In this document: piece after piece, positions 9,625 through 19,029 of the stretch
Layout of the letters: every line of letters begins with the position of its first letter
Position numbering within the stretch: the stretch's first letter is position 1
Assembly (NCBI GenBank): GCA_902805555.1
Contig: CADCSY010000092.1
Location: 14,048 to 78,047, forward strand
Length of the DNA: 64,000 bases
Origin: an uncultured Acidimicrobiales bacterium
Lineage (GTDB): Bacteria; Actinomycetota; Acidimicrobiia; Acidimicrobiales; CADCSY01
Direction of reading: 5' to 3'
Notes under the pieces: generated by a model
What the model saw: the letters and a program-made list of their open reading frames with translations, nothing else
Database searches by the model: none
Told to the model about the DNA's origin: nothing
Position numbers and translations under genes: made by a program

Positions 9625-10905
9625 TCACAGGTCGAGGCGGAGGAGGTCGTCGAGCGTCTCGCGCCGCACGACCAGGCGGGCCTCGCCGTCGGCGACGAAC
9701 ACCACCGCAGGCCTCGGGACCTTGTTGTAGTTGGAGGCCATCGAGTGCCCGTAGGCCCCGGTGACCGGCGTGGCGAGCACGTCGCCGACCGCCACGTCCG
9801 CCGGCAGGGCGGCGTCGCGCACGATCAGGTCGCCGGACTCGCAGTGCTTGCCGACGACGTGGGCTGCGAACGGACGAGCCGCATCGGCGGCCCGGGGGAG
9901 GAAGGTCTCGTAGCCGCTGCCGTAGAGGACGGGTCGGGGGTTGTCGCTCATGCCCCCGTCGACCGCCAGGAAGGTCCGCACCCCGGCCACCTCCTTCACC
10001 GTCCCGACGGTGTACAGGGTGACGGCGGCCCCGGCCACGATCGAGCGTCCAGGCTCGACCGCGAGGCGGGCCGTGATGCCGGCGGCGGCGCAGGCACGAC
10101 GGAGCACACCCCCCCACTCCGTGATGGACGGCGTCTCCTCGCCCTCCACGTAGGCCACACCGAGCCCGCCGCCGAGGGACAGCTCGGGCAGGCCGAGGGG
10201 GCCGACGAAGCCTGCCAGCGCCTCGACGGCGAGGGCGAAGCTGGAGAGCGCGAACACGTTGCTCCCGATGTGGGCGTGGACCCCGACGAGGTCGACCGCC
10301 CGGGAGGCTGTCGCCCGGTCCGCGGCCGTCGCAGCGGCCCCGGTGGAGAGGGTGAAGCCGAACTTCGAGTCGTCCTGACCGGTCTGCACGTACACGTGGG
10401 TGTGGGCCTCGACCCCGGGGGTCACCCGGAGCAGGACCTGCGGGACCCTCGCCCCTCCTGCCACGAGGTCCTCCAGCCGGTCGAGCTCGTCGTGGCTGTC
10501 GACCACGATGCGCCCGACGCCGGCCTCCAGCGCCGTCGACAGCTCGTCGGTCGACTTGTTGTTGCCGTGGAGGACGATGCGCCCGGGGTCGGCGCCCCCG
10601 GCCAGGGCGACGTGGAGCTCGCCGCCAGTGGCGACGTCGATGCCCATCCCCTCCTCGGCCACCAGCGACGCCATCGCCTTGCAGAGGAACGCCTTGCTGG
10701 CGTAGCTGGCGCCCTCGCCGAAGGCGGCCACCGCCTCCCGGCAGCGCTTCCTCAGGTGGAGCTCGTCGTAGACGAACAGCGGCGTCCCGTGCTCCACCGC
10801 CAGCTCGCACAGGTCGACGCCGCCGACGGAGAGCCGACCCGACGGGTCGAACGAGGCGGTCAGGGGCAGCAGGTGGGGCGGCAGCGGCCCTCGGCTCGAC
10901 GGCAC
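9625..10905 (-). CDS. lysA: Diaminopimelate decarboxylase
   Basis: GTPLFVYDE, YASKAF, HGNNKS, HIGS, GGGLG, EPGRS, GKHCESGD, GAYGHSMASNYN. Confidence 0.96.
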   Translation of the reverse strand: MPSSRGPLPPHLLPLTASFDPSGRLSVGGVDLCELAVEHGTPLFVYDELHLRKRCREAVAAFGEGASYASKAFLCKAMASLVAEEGMGIDVATGGELHVALAGGADPGRIVLHGNNKSTDELSTALEAGVGRIVVDSHDELDRLEDLVAGGARVPQVLLRVTPGVEAHTHVYVQTGQDDSKFGFTLSTGAAATAADRATASRAVDLVGVHAHIGSNVFALSSFALAVEALAGFVGPLGLPELSLGGGLGVAYVEGEETPSITEWGGVLRRACAAAGITARLAVEPGRSIVAGAAVTLYTVGTVKEVAGVRTFLAVDGGMSDNPRPVLYGSGYETFLPRAADAARPFAAHVVGKHCESGDLIVRDAALPADVAVGDVLATPVTGAYGHSMASNYNKVPRPAVVFVADGEARLVVRRETLDDLLRLDL

Positions 10906-11065
10906 GTGGTGCTACCGGTCGAGCTGGACGACGAGGACGTCGCCGTGGCGCCAGGGCGTGCACACCGGCTGGTCCCCGGCCATCGGAACGAGGGGGCCGA
11001 CCACCGACGCAGGCTACCGGCGCCTGCACGCCGCCCGGGAACCCGGCGGCTAGCGTCTCGTCCCC

Positions 11066-12019
11066 GTGACCGACCGGCAGCGCCTCCGCCTGCGCCACAT
11101 CAGGATCCACGGCCACGAGGTGGGCTACCGGATGGCCGGCGAGGGTCCTGGCCTCGTCCTCGTCCACGGCCTCACCGGCAGCTCCACGACGTGGCGGGAG
11201 GTCATGCCGGCCCTGACCGAGCGCTTCACCGTCCTCGCCCCCGACCTGCTCGGCCACGGCGAGTCGGCCAAGCCGCGCGGCGACTACTCGCTCGGGGCCT
11301 TCGCCAGCGGCGTGCGGGACCTGATGGTCGCCCTGGGCATGGAGCGGGCCACCGTCGTGGGCCACTCGCTCGGGGGCGGCGTCGCGCTGCAGCTCGCCTA
11401 CCAGTTCCCCGAGCGCTGCGAGCGGCTCGTGCTCGTCAACAGCGGCGGGCTCGGCAAGGAGGTGCACGCCATCCTCCGGGCCGTGGCGCTGCCCGGGAGC
11501 GAGCTCGTCATGCCCTTCGTGCTGGCGCCGCAGGTGCAGCAGCTCCTCGCCTCCGCCGGCGCCGTGGCCGCCCGCCTCGGCTTCCGCTCCTCCGTCCGGG
11601 GCGCAGAGGTGTGGCGCAGCTACACCGGCCTCACCGAGGTCCGGGGCAGGACCGCCTTCGTGCACACGGTCCGCTCCGTGATCGACGTCACCGGCCAGCG
11701 CGTCAGCGCCCGCGACCGGCTGTACCTGGCGGAGGAGATCCCCACCCTCGTCGTCTGGGGCGACCGCGACCGGATCATCCCCGTGTCCCACGCCCACGCC
11801 ACCCACGAGCTGATCCCGGGCAGCCGGCTCGAGATCGTCGAGGGCGTCGGCCACTTCCTGCCGTTCGAGGCCCCGGACGCCTTCCTCCGGGCCCTCCTCG
11901 GCTTCGTCGACACCACCGAGCCGGCAGCGCCCGACGAGGGGCGGTTCCGCTCCCTCATGCTCGCCCGGACCCAGCAGCAGCTCGCAGGTGCAGAGCAAGG
12001 GGTGGCGGAGCCCGCCTGA
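11066..12019 (+). CDS. Alpha/beta fold hydrolase
   Basis: VHG, PDLLGHGES, GHSLGG nucleophile, WGDRD, GVGHF. Confidence 0.9.
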   Translation: MTDRQRLRLRHIRIHGHEVGYRMAGEGPGLVLVHGLTGSSTTWREVMPALTERFTVLAPDLLGHGESAKPRGDYSLGAFASGVRDLMVALGMERATVVGHSLGGGVALQLAYQFPERCERLVLVNSGGLGKEVHAILRAVALPGSELVMPFVLAPQVQQLLASAGAVAARLGFRSSVRGAEVWRSYTGLTEVRGRTAFVHTVRSVIDVTGQRVSARDRLYLAEEIPTLVVWGDRDRIIPVSHAHATHELIPGSRLEIVEGVGHFLPFEAPDAFLRALLGFVDTTEPAAPDEGRFRSLMLARTQQQLAGAEQGVAEPA

Positions 12020-12027
12020 GGCCGAGG

Positions 12028-12957
12028 TCAGCCGAGGCCGTGCGCGGCGAGCCAACCGGAGGCGACGGCGGCGTGGTCCTCACCACGGTCGAGCCGCCGG
12101 TTCAGGTCGACGAGGGTCGGCTCGTCCAGTCGCGCCGTCACCCGCTCGACCACCTCCACCACCTCCTTCCCGTACGCCGACGTGATCGCCGTCCGGAGCA
12201 CCGGGACGACGTTCTCCGCCGGCTGCAGCCCACGGTCGTCCTCGAGGAGGACGAGCTCCTCGCCGGCCAGGGCCCCGTTCGTGGTGAAGAGCAGGGCGAC
12301 GTCGACCCGCCCGGAGCCGAGCGCCGCCAGGGTGAGGGGGCCGCCGCTGTCGAGCGCCTCCACCGCTGCGAACTCGAGCTCGTAGACCTCCTCCAACCCG
12401 GCGAGGCACAGCGGCCGCTGCGGGCACTCGGCCGGCCCGCCGAACGTCAGCTGGGCGGCGACGGGGATGAGGTCGCTGAGCGCCCGGAGCCCGTGCTCCT
12501 CCGCGGTCGCCCGGGTGACGACGAAGCCGTTCCTGTTCTGGCCCGGCGCGTGCTGGAGGACGCTGATGTGGTGCGTCTCGTAGGCCGCAGCCAGCAGCTC
12601 GCGCGCCTCCATCGGGTCGCGCACGGGGGGCTCCCCGGGGGCGGCGAAGGCGAGGGCCGACCCGAGGTACTCGGGGACGAGGTCGACCAGCCCCTGGTGC
12701 AGCGCGGGCTGGACGACCTCGCGAGCGCCGAGCCGCAGCTGCCGGTCGACCGGGAAGCCGGCACGGGTGAGCGCCGTCGCGTACAGCTCGCCGATCAGCG
12801 CGCTCTCGCCGAAGTTGAACGACGCCACGGTGATGGAGGCGTCGAGCTCGGCTGCGCTCGGTCGCCCGGGTCCACCACCCGCACAGGCCGAGGCGACGAG
12901 CGCCGCAGCCAGGAGCGCCGCCCCGAGCGGGCTTCGACGTGCGACACCGCTCCACAT
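12028..12957 (-). CDS. Glycine betaine/osmoprotectant ABC substrate-binding lipoprotein (OpuAC/OsmF-like)
   Basis: Lipobox VASAC; NFGES, LVPEYLGS, ECPQRPLCLAGLEEVY, LEDDRGLQPAENVVP. Confidence 0.85.
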   Translation of the reverse strand: MWSGVARRSPLGAALLAAALVASACAGGGPGRPSAAELDASITVASFNFGESALIGELYATALTRAGFPVDRQLRLGAREVVQPALHQGLVDLVPEYLGSALAFAAPGEPPVRDPMEARELLAAAYETHHISVLQHAPGQNRNGFVVTRATAEEHGLRALSDLIPVAAQLTFGGPAECPQRPLCLAGLEEVYELEFAAVEALDSGGPLTLAALGSGRVDVALLFTTNGALAGEELVLLEDDRGLQPAENVVPVLRTAITSAYGKEVVEVVERVTARLDEPTLVDLNRRLDRGEDHAAVASGWLAAHGLG

Positions 12958-13019
12958 GGCGCCCGTATGCTACGGCTCGATCGGCCCGGCTGAGAGGCCC
13001 GCGGGAGGGGAGGAACGTC

Positions 13020-14699
13020 TTGGAGACGGCCCACCACGCGCCTCGACCACACCACGGCCGGGCCCGGCCCGACCGGCGCCGGCGGCCGTCGGGCGAGCCG
13101 CCGCCCCTCCCGCGCAACCTCGAGCGGAGCGGGTGGGCCTACCTCGGGCTGGCTGCTGCGGTGGGCACCCTCTGGGTCGCGGCCTTCACCTTCGCGCCCT
13201 TCTCCGAAGCCGTGACGCGGGCCGACCTCGCCTTGCTCGAGGCGCTCGAGCGGGTCCGGTTCGAGCCGCTCACCACCCTGCTGCGGGGCGTCCGCATGCT
13301 GGGCGAGGACTCGGCCTACCGCCCGGTCCGCTGGGCCCTGGTGGTGGCCCTCCTCCTGCTGCGGCGCTTCCGGCACCTGCTCGTGTTCCTGGGCACCACC
13401 CTCGTGGTGAACCTCCTCAGCATCAGCGTCGCCTCGCTCATCGCCCGGCCGAGGCCCGTCGGCATCGACCACGCCGTCGGCTGGGAGGGCTTCTCGCACC
13501 CGTCCGTCCCGGTGGCCGGGTTCGCGGTGACAGCGGTCGGGCTCCTGTACACCCTCCTGCCCCACGGGCCGTTGCGCAACAGGGGCAAGGTCGTCGCCGG
13601 CGCGCTCGTGTTCGCCCTGTCCGCGGCTCGTGTGTACCTCGGTGTCGACCACCTGAGCGACGTCCTCGTGGCCGTGGTGGTGGGGATGTCGTTCCCGGTC
13701 GTCGCGTTCCGCCTCCTGACGCCGAACATCGCCTTCCCGCTCAGGTACACGAGGGGGCGGGCGGCCCACCTCGACGTCGGGGGGAGGCGCGGCGCCGCCA
13801 TCCGCACCGCGCTCAGCCAGCAGCTCGGCATCGAGGTGACCGACATCCAGCCGTTCAACCTCGAGGGATCCGCCGGCTCGACCCCCCTGCGCCTCGACGT
13901 CGCCAACCCCGGCCAGGCCCCCTCCCAGCTCTTCGGGAAGCTCTACGCCTGGAGCCACCTGCGGGCCGACCGCTCGTACAAGCTCGTCCGCACCATCCGG
14001 TACGGGCGCCTGGAGGACGAGCACCCGTTCCGCAGCGTCCGCGCGCTCGTCGAGTACGAGGACTACCTGCTGCGACTGCTGCGCGACGCGGGCCTGCCCG
14101 TCGCCGAGCCGCTCGGGATCGTCGAGATCACCCCCGAGCGGGAGTACCTGCTCGTCACCGACTTCCTCGACGGCGCGCAGGAGATCGACCAGGTCGAGGT
14201 GGACGACGGCGTGATCGACCAGGGCCTGGTCCTCGTGCGGCGCATGTGGGACGCGGGCCTCGCCCATCGCGACATCAAGCCGGCCAACATCCTCGTCAAG
14301 GACGGCCGGGTGCACCTCGTCGACGTCGCCTTCGCGACCGTCCGCCCGTCACCGTGGCGACAGGCGGTGGACCTCGCCAACATGATGCTCGTCCTCGCCC
14401 TGCGCACCGACGCGTCCCGGGTCTACGAGCGAGCTCGGCTGCAGTTCGACGACGACGAGATCGCCGAGGCCTTCGCCGCCACCCACGGGGTCACCCTCCC
14501 GTCGCAGCTCCGCGCCCTCCTGCGAGCCGACGGCCGCGACCTCGTGGGCCAGTTCAGGGCGATGGCACCCGACCGCCGGCCCATCTCCATCCAGCGCTGG
14601 ACCTGGCGGCGCGTCGTGCTGACCGCTGGCGTGGCGGCGGGCGGCCTGGTCGTCGTGTCGATCGTGGTCGCCAACCTCAAGATGGCGGGCCTGCGGTGA
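13020..14699 (+). CDS. Membrane protein: degenerate PAP2-like domain fused to a protein-kinase-like (APH/RIO/Kdo) domain
   Basis: TM helices with ARPRP / ARVYLGVDHLSD, then LFGKLY, HRDIKPANIL, VDVAF; TTG at 13020 after a GGAGG-like SD. Confidence 0.75.
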   Translation: METAHHAPRPHHGRARPDRRRRPSGEPPPLPRNLERSGWAYLGLAAAVGTLWVAAFTFAPFSEAVTRADLALLEALERVRFEPLTTLLRGVRMLGEDSAYRPVRWALVVALLLLRRFRHLLVFLGTTLVVNLLSISVASLIARPRPVGIDHAVGWEGFSHPSVPVAGFAVTAVGLLYTLLPHGPLRNRGKVVAGALVFALSAARVYLGVDHLSDVLVAVVVGMSFPVVAFRLLTPNIAFPLRYTRGRAAHLDVGGRRGAAIRTALSQQLGIEVTDIQPFNLEGSAGSTPLRLDVANPGQAPSQLFGKLYAWSHLRADRSYKLVRTIRYGRLEDEHPFRSVRALVEYEDYLLRLLRDAGLPVAEPLGIVEITPEREYLLVTDFLDGAQEIDQVEVDDGVIDQGLVLVRRMWDAGLAHRDIKPANILVKDGRVHLVDVAFATVRPSPWRQAVDLANMMLVLALRTDASRVYERARLQFDDDEIAEAFAATHGVTLPSQLRALLRADGRDLVGQFRAMAPDRRPISIQRWTWRRVVLTAGVAAGGLVVVSIVVANLKMAGLR

Positions 14700-15259
14700 G
14701 GGTGGCCGGGGCCGTCGTCGTCGGGCTCGTCGCCGCCCTGCTCACGGGGTGCGGGGATGCAGGCGAGACGTCGGGGGCGGGCGTCCCGGAGTGCGAGGCG
14801 TCGGGGGAGCTGGTCACGATCGCGCAGGCGGTGCCGTCGGCGACCTTCGTCCCCTGCATCGAGGAGCTCCCCGTGGGCTGGTCGTTCGGCGGCATGGAGG
14901 TGAGGGACGGTCGGGCCAGCTTCTCGTTGAGCAACGACCGCGCCGGCGTCCGGTCGGTCGAGGTGACGCTGGAGGAGACGTGCGACACCAGCGGGGCCAC
15001 GGAGCTCTCCGGCAGCGGCAGGCCCGGTCGGTTCCTCCGCGTGGACCAGCTGGCGACCCGGCGCCGGGGCGCCTGGCTCCACCGCTTCCCGGGTGGCTGC
15101 GTCACCTACGGGTTCTCGGTGCCCACGGACACCTACGACTTCGACGCCTTCAACGTCGAGCTCGAGAGCGCGCTGGGGTTCTTCTCCCGACGGACGATCG
15201 CCGCCGACGTCATGCGCCGCTACGGCGCCGAGCTCGACGGCTCCACCACCTCGACCTGA
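14696..15259 (+). CDS. Hypothetical lipoprotein
   Basis: GTGA overlap with the upstream stop; signal peptide ending LLTGC; four further Cys. Confidence 0.7.
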   Translation: MRVAGAVVVGLVAALLTGCGDAGETSGAGVPECEASGELVTIAQAVPSATFVPCIEELPVGWSFGGMEVRDGRASFSLSNDRAGVRSVEVTLEETCDTSGATELSGSGRPGRFLRVDQLATRRRGAWLHRFPGGCVTYGFSVPTDTYDFDAFNVELESALGFFSRRTIAADVMRRYGAELDGSTTST

Positions 15260-16320
15260 TCGGGCTGGTCCGCCGGGCCCCGCCTCCGGCGCCAGAGGAG
15301 GAGCGAGAGGCCGCCCGCGGGGATCGGCAGGAGGTAGGTGATCGCCCGGTAGACGAGGACGGCCGCCAGGACGGGCTCCCGCTCGCCGCCGGCGGCGACG
15401 AGCGCAGCGGTGAGTCCGAGCTCCACGACGCCGAGGCCACCGGGGGTGATCGGCAGCGCGCTGACGAGCCGTACGAAGGCGAAGCCGGCGAGCGCGGCCG
15501 CCCACGACACCTCGTCCTCCGAGACGCCCACGTGGCGGAGCGACAGCAACAGGACCCCGAACAGCGAGAGGTGGCTCACCAGGGTGGCGATCGTGAGCGG
15601 GACCCAGCGCTCCCGGAGCAGGCCGGTGGTGGACGACCTGAAGTCGACCGCCGCCTCGTCCCAGCCCGTCACCGGTCGGAGGCGGACGGTGCGGCGCAGC
15701 CCGCTCACGACGCGGGCGGCGGCGGCCCCGATCCTGCGGGCCCCCGCCTCGCTGCGGAGGAGGATCGCCAGGGCCGCGACAGCACCCGCCAGGCTCGCGA
15801 CACCGGCGGCGGCGGCGGCCACCGACCCCGTGGTGGTCCCACCGCCGAGCGCGACGAGTGCCAGGGCCGCGACCGGGAGGGCGAGCTTGACGAAGATGTT
15901 CCAGACGCCGGTGACGAGCACGAGCAGGGTGATCTCCGGGCGCCGGAAGCCCCAGGACGCGAGCATCGCCCAGGTGACCCCGATGCCGAACCCGGCCCCG
16001 GCGGGGACGGTGTTGGCGACAGCCGTGGACGCCTCGGTCACCAGCAGCGCCCTGCCGACGGGCAGGCCGGGGAGCGCGGCCTGGTACACGAGCGCGTAGC
16101 TCGCGAGGTTCCAGACCCCGAGGAGCAGCAAGGAGGCGAGCTCGAGCCCGGTCATGGCCCGGACCTGCTCCAGGACCTCCGAGAGGTCGGCGACGCGGGG
16201 CAGGACGACGACGAACACCACTGCCACGACCGCGAGCGGGAGCAGCACGCGCAGGAGGCGCCGCGTCACGCCCTCGGGCCGTGAAGGTGCGCGCTCGCCC
16301 ACCACCTCGACGTCGGCCAC
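15220..16320 (-). CDS. Lysylphosphatidylglycerol synthase transmembrane (UPF0104/YbhN, flippase-like) protein
   Basis: ANTVPAG, PITPGGLGVVE, AAVLVYRAITYLLP motifs; multiple TM helices. Confidence 0.85.
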   Translation of the reverse strand: MADVEVVGERAPSRPEGVTRRLLRVLLPLAVVAVVFVVVLPRVADLSEVLEQVRAMTGLELASLLLLGVWNLASYALVYQAALPGLPVGRALLVTEASTAVANTVPAGAGFGIGVTWAMLASWGFRRPEITLLVLVTGVWNIFVKLALPVAALALVALGGGTTTGSVAAAAAGVASLAGAVAALAILLRSEAGARRIGAAAARVVSGLRRTVRLRPVTGWDEAAVDFRSSTTGLLRERWVPLTIATLVSHLSLFGVLLLSLRHVGVSEDEVSWAAALAGFAFVRLVSALPITPGGLGVVELGLTAALVAAGGEREPVLAAVLVYRAITYLLPIPAGGLSLLLWRRRRGPADQPDQVEVVEPSSSAP

Positions 16321-16392
16321 CTCGTCGTCCTCCCGCTGGTCGTGCTCGCTACGCTGCTGCGTCCTGGCGCCAGGTCCTCGGAGGGTACGACA

Positions 16393-17793
16393 GTGGCAAC
16401 CGGCGATGCCGCGAGGGGTGGTGGCTCCGGCTACCTCAGCCCGCTGTCACGACACGTCGGCGACGCCGTCCGCCTCGTCGTCGCCCTCGCGGCCCTCGCG
16501 CTCACCGCCGTGCCCATCGAGCCGGACCACGTGCCCGTCCTCGAGGAGGACGCCTTCTGGCTGCTCAACGACCTCCCCCGGTCGCTCTTCCTCGTCATCT
16601 GGCTGCCGATGCAGGCGGGGAGCGTCGGCGCCGTCGGGTTCTTCACCGGCATCGCCCTGCTCGCCAGGCGACGGCTCCTCGCGCTGGAGCTGGCAGCGGC
16701 GGGTGTGCTCGCCTGGGGGCTGGCCAAGGTGGTCAAGGTGTTCTTCGACCGTCCCCGGCCCGGGGTGCTGTTCGACGACGCCTACCTGCACGGTGACGTG
16801 GTCACCGGGCTCGGCTACCTGTCGGGCCACGCGGCCATCGCCGCCACCCTCGCCACGGTCGCCGGACCGTGGCTCCCCCGCAGGCTCCGGCGCCTGGCGT
16901 GGGGCCTGGCGCTCCTCGTCGGTGCGTCCCGGATCTACGTGGGGGCGCACCTGCCGCTCGACGTGCTCGGCGGGTACGCCCTCGGCTGGGCGATCGGCGC
17001 AGCCGTCCACCTGGCGCTCGGCGCACCCGGGGGGCGCCCGACCGCAGCGGTGACGAGGCGGGCGCTCGAGTCGATGGGCATCGAGGCCTCGGTGCTCGAA
17101 CCCGCCGAGCGGGGCTCGTTCACCGCCACCACGCCAGGGGGGCGGTTCCACGTGCGGGTCGTCGGGCCGGACCAGCGGGAGGCCGACGTCGTCCACCGCA
17201 GCTGGCGCCGGCTGGTCTCCCGCTGGGTCCGCGAGAAGCCCCCCTTCGTCACGCCTCGCCAGCGCCTCGACCACGAGGCCGCCACCGCCCTCCTGGCCAG
17301 GGCGTCGGGCGCCCGGGTGCCGGCGGTCGTGTCGCTGCGGACCTTCGGCGCCGGCGTGGGGGTCCTCGTCACCGAGCACGTCGAGGGCAGGCCCCTGGCG
17401 GACGCCCCCGTCGACGAGGCCCTCCTGGCCGACCTCTGGAGGCAGGTCGCGCTCCTCCACGAGGCCCGGGTCGCCCACGGCTCCCTCCACGCGGGCCACG
17501 TCGTGGTCGACGGCGAGCGCCAGGCCTGGCTCGTCGACTTCGAGGAGGGCGAGTCGGGCGCCGAGCCGCGGCGCCTCCACCAGGACGTCGCCGAGCTGCT
17601 GGCCGCCCTTGCCCGGCTCGTCGGTGCGGAGGCGACCGTCGCGTCGGCCACCACCGCCCTCGGCGAGCCCCGCGTCCAGCAGGTCGCCGAGCTCCTCCGC
17701 CACGCCCGCCGCTCCGGCGAGAGCGACGCCGTGCAGGATGCTGCGGCCGAGCTCCTCGCCGCCCTCGGACAGCGGGCGTCGACGGGGGGATGA
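16393..17793 (+). CDS. PAP2 phosphatase domain fused to a degenerate kinase-like domain
   Basis: KVFFDRPRP, LSGHA, SRIYVGAHLPLD; C-terminal LVTEHVEG, HGSLHAGHV, LVDF. Start uncertain (16342 or 16393). Confidence 0.75.
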   Translation: MATGDAARGGGSGYLSPLSRHVGDAVRLVVALAALALTAVPIEPDHVPVLEEDAFWLLNDLPRSLFLVIWLPMQAGSVGAVGFFTGIALLARRRLLALELAAAGVLAWGLAKVVKVFFDRPRPGVLFDDAYLHGDVVTGLGYLSGHAAIAATLATVAGPWLPRRLRRLAWGLALLVGASRIYVGAHLPLDVLGGYALGWAIGAAVHLALGAPGGRPTAAVTRRALESMGIEASVLEPAERGSFTATTPGGRFHVRVVGPDQREADVVHRSWRRLVSRWVREKPPFVTPRQRLDHEAATALLARASGARVPAVVSLRTFGAGVGVLVTEHVEGRPLADAPVDEALLADLWRQVALLHEARVAHGSLHAGHVVVDGERQAWLVDFEEGESGAEPRRLHQDVAELLAALARLVGAEATVASATTALGEPRVQQVAELLRHARRSGESDAVQDAAAELLAALGQRASTGG

Positions 17794-17891
17794 GCCGGCC
17801 CGTCGGGGGTCGACGAGCAGAGGGCCGAGCGGTGGCGCCCGCCGTCAGGTCGTGCGAGGGGAGGCCGCCTCTCTCGTGCCGCCGCCCGTCG

Positions 17892-18355
17892 TCAGCGCGA
17901 GGTCCAGGCTCCGGTCGGGCCAGCAGCTCCCGGACCTCGTCGGGCAGGTCCCCCGTCGCCAGGTCGGCGATCGTGACCTGCTCGAGCACGCCGCGCAGCG
18001 CGACGCGCACCGCCACCCAGAGCGAGACGAAGGGCTCCCCCCGCCGTGCTCGGGGAGCTCGTCCGGACGGACGCCCCGCACCGATGCGAGCGGCCCCTCG
18101 ACCGCCCGGATCACGTCGGCCACGGTGATCGTGCCGGCCGGCCGCTCGAGGTTCCAGCCCCCGTTGGCGCCTCGGGTGCTGCAGCAGGCCGCTGACCCGC
18201 AGCGCGCGCAGGATGTCGTGGAAGAACGACGGCGGGATGTGCTCCCCGCTGGCCACGAGCTCGCGCCTGACGGCGAGGCCCCGCGCTCTTGCCTCGACCT
18301 GCGCGATGGCCACCATGGCCCGAACGGCGTAGTCGACCTTGTGGCTGATCCTCAT
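17892..18355 (-). pseudogene. Rrf2-family transcriptional regulator interrupted by three frameshifts (pseudogene or sequencing errors)
   Basis: MRISHKVDYAVRAM...GLL / STRGANGGWNLERPAGTITVADVIRAVEGPL / FVSLWVAVRVALRGVLEQVTIADL / AWTSR-stop are split across reading frames. Confidence 0.8.
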
Positions 18356-18439
18356 GGGTCCTCGGTCCCCGGCCTCGAGCGCACCAGCGGCCGGGTCATC
18401 AGCGCCGTCGCCTCCGCGCCCTGCGCGTAGCCTCCGCTC

Positions 18440-18964
18440 GTGGCGATCACGGCGACCGTGGTGGGCGTCTCGGGGGGCGAGTCACCCGGGTCCAAGACCC
18501 GGGCGGTCACCCAGGCGATCCTCGACGCCGCCGGCGGGGGCGAGCTCATCGACGTGTCGGCGCTGGGCGCCGAAGGCCTGCTCGGACGCTCGCCCGACCC
18601 GGAGGTCGACGCTGCCGTCCTCCTCGCGTCGTCGGCCCACGTGCTCGTGCTCGCGTCCCCCATCTACCGGGCGACGGTGAGCGGCGCCGTCAAGGCCTTC
18701 CTCGACCGGTTCCCGCCGGACGGGCTGCGGGGCACCGTGGTGGTGCTGGCAGCCACGGCGGCCACCGCCCAGCACCACCTGGCGCTCGACACCGGAGGAC
18801 GATCCCTCGTCGCCAGCCTCGGCGGCGTGAGCGCCCCCACCGTGGTCTTCGCGACCGGGGCCGACTTCGCCGACGGCGCGCCCGGTGCGGAGCTGCAGGC
18901 GTTGGCCGGGCGGGCCGCCGCCGAGGCGCTCGCGCTGAGCAGTGGCTTGACCCGCACGACCTGA
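18440..18964 (+). CDS. NADPH-dependent FMN reductase (SsuE-like)
   Basis: GGESPGSKT, ASPIYRATVSGAVKAFLD. Confidence 0.85.
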   Translation: MAITATVVGVSGGESPGSKTRAVTQAILDAAGGGELIDVSALGAEGLLGRSPDPEVDAAVLLASSAHVLVLASPIYRATVSGAVKAFLDRFPPDGLRGTVVVLAATAATAQHHLALDTGGRSLVASLGGVSAPTVVFATGADFADGAPGAELQALAGRAAAEALALSSGLTRTT

Positions 18965-19029
18965 CGGTCGCCGGTCACCGCGACAGGGCGCAGCCCGGCG
19001 CCCCGTCGGGTGCTCGACACCCACGACCC

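Noticed and set aside
10906-11065. Lysine riboswitch or cupin remnant upstream of lysA
   Set aside because: No recognisable riboswitch consensus; the cupin-like peptide is too short and weak to support.
8689-12993. 1434-aa plus-strand ORF and other very long Arg/Pro/Gly-rich ORFs (e.g. 9524..12055, 28453..30909, 32355..34712)
   Set aside because: Shadow frames overlapping well-supported genes; expected from stop-codon scarcity at high GC; no recognisable domains.
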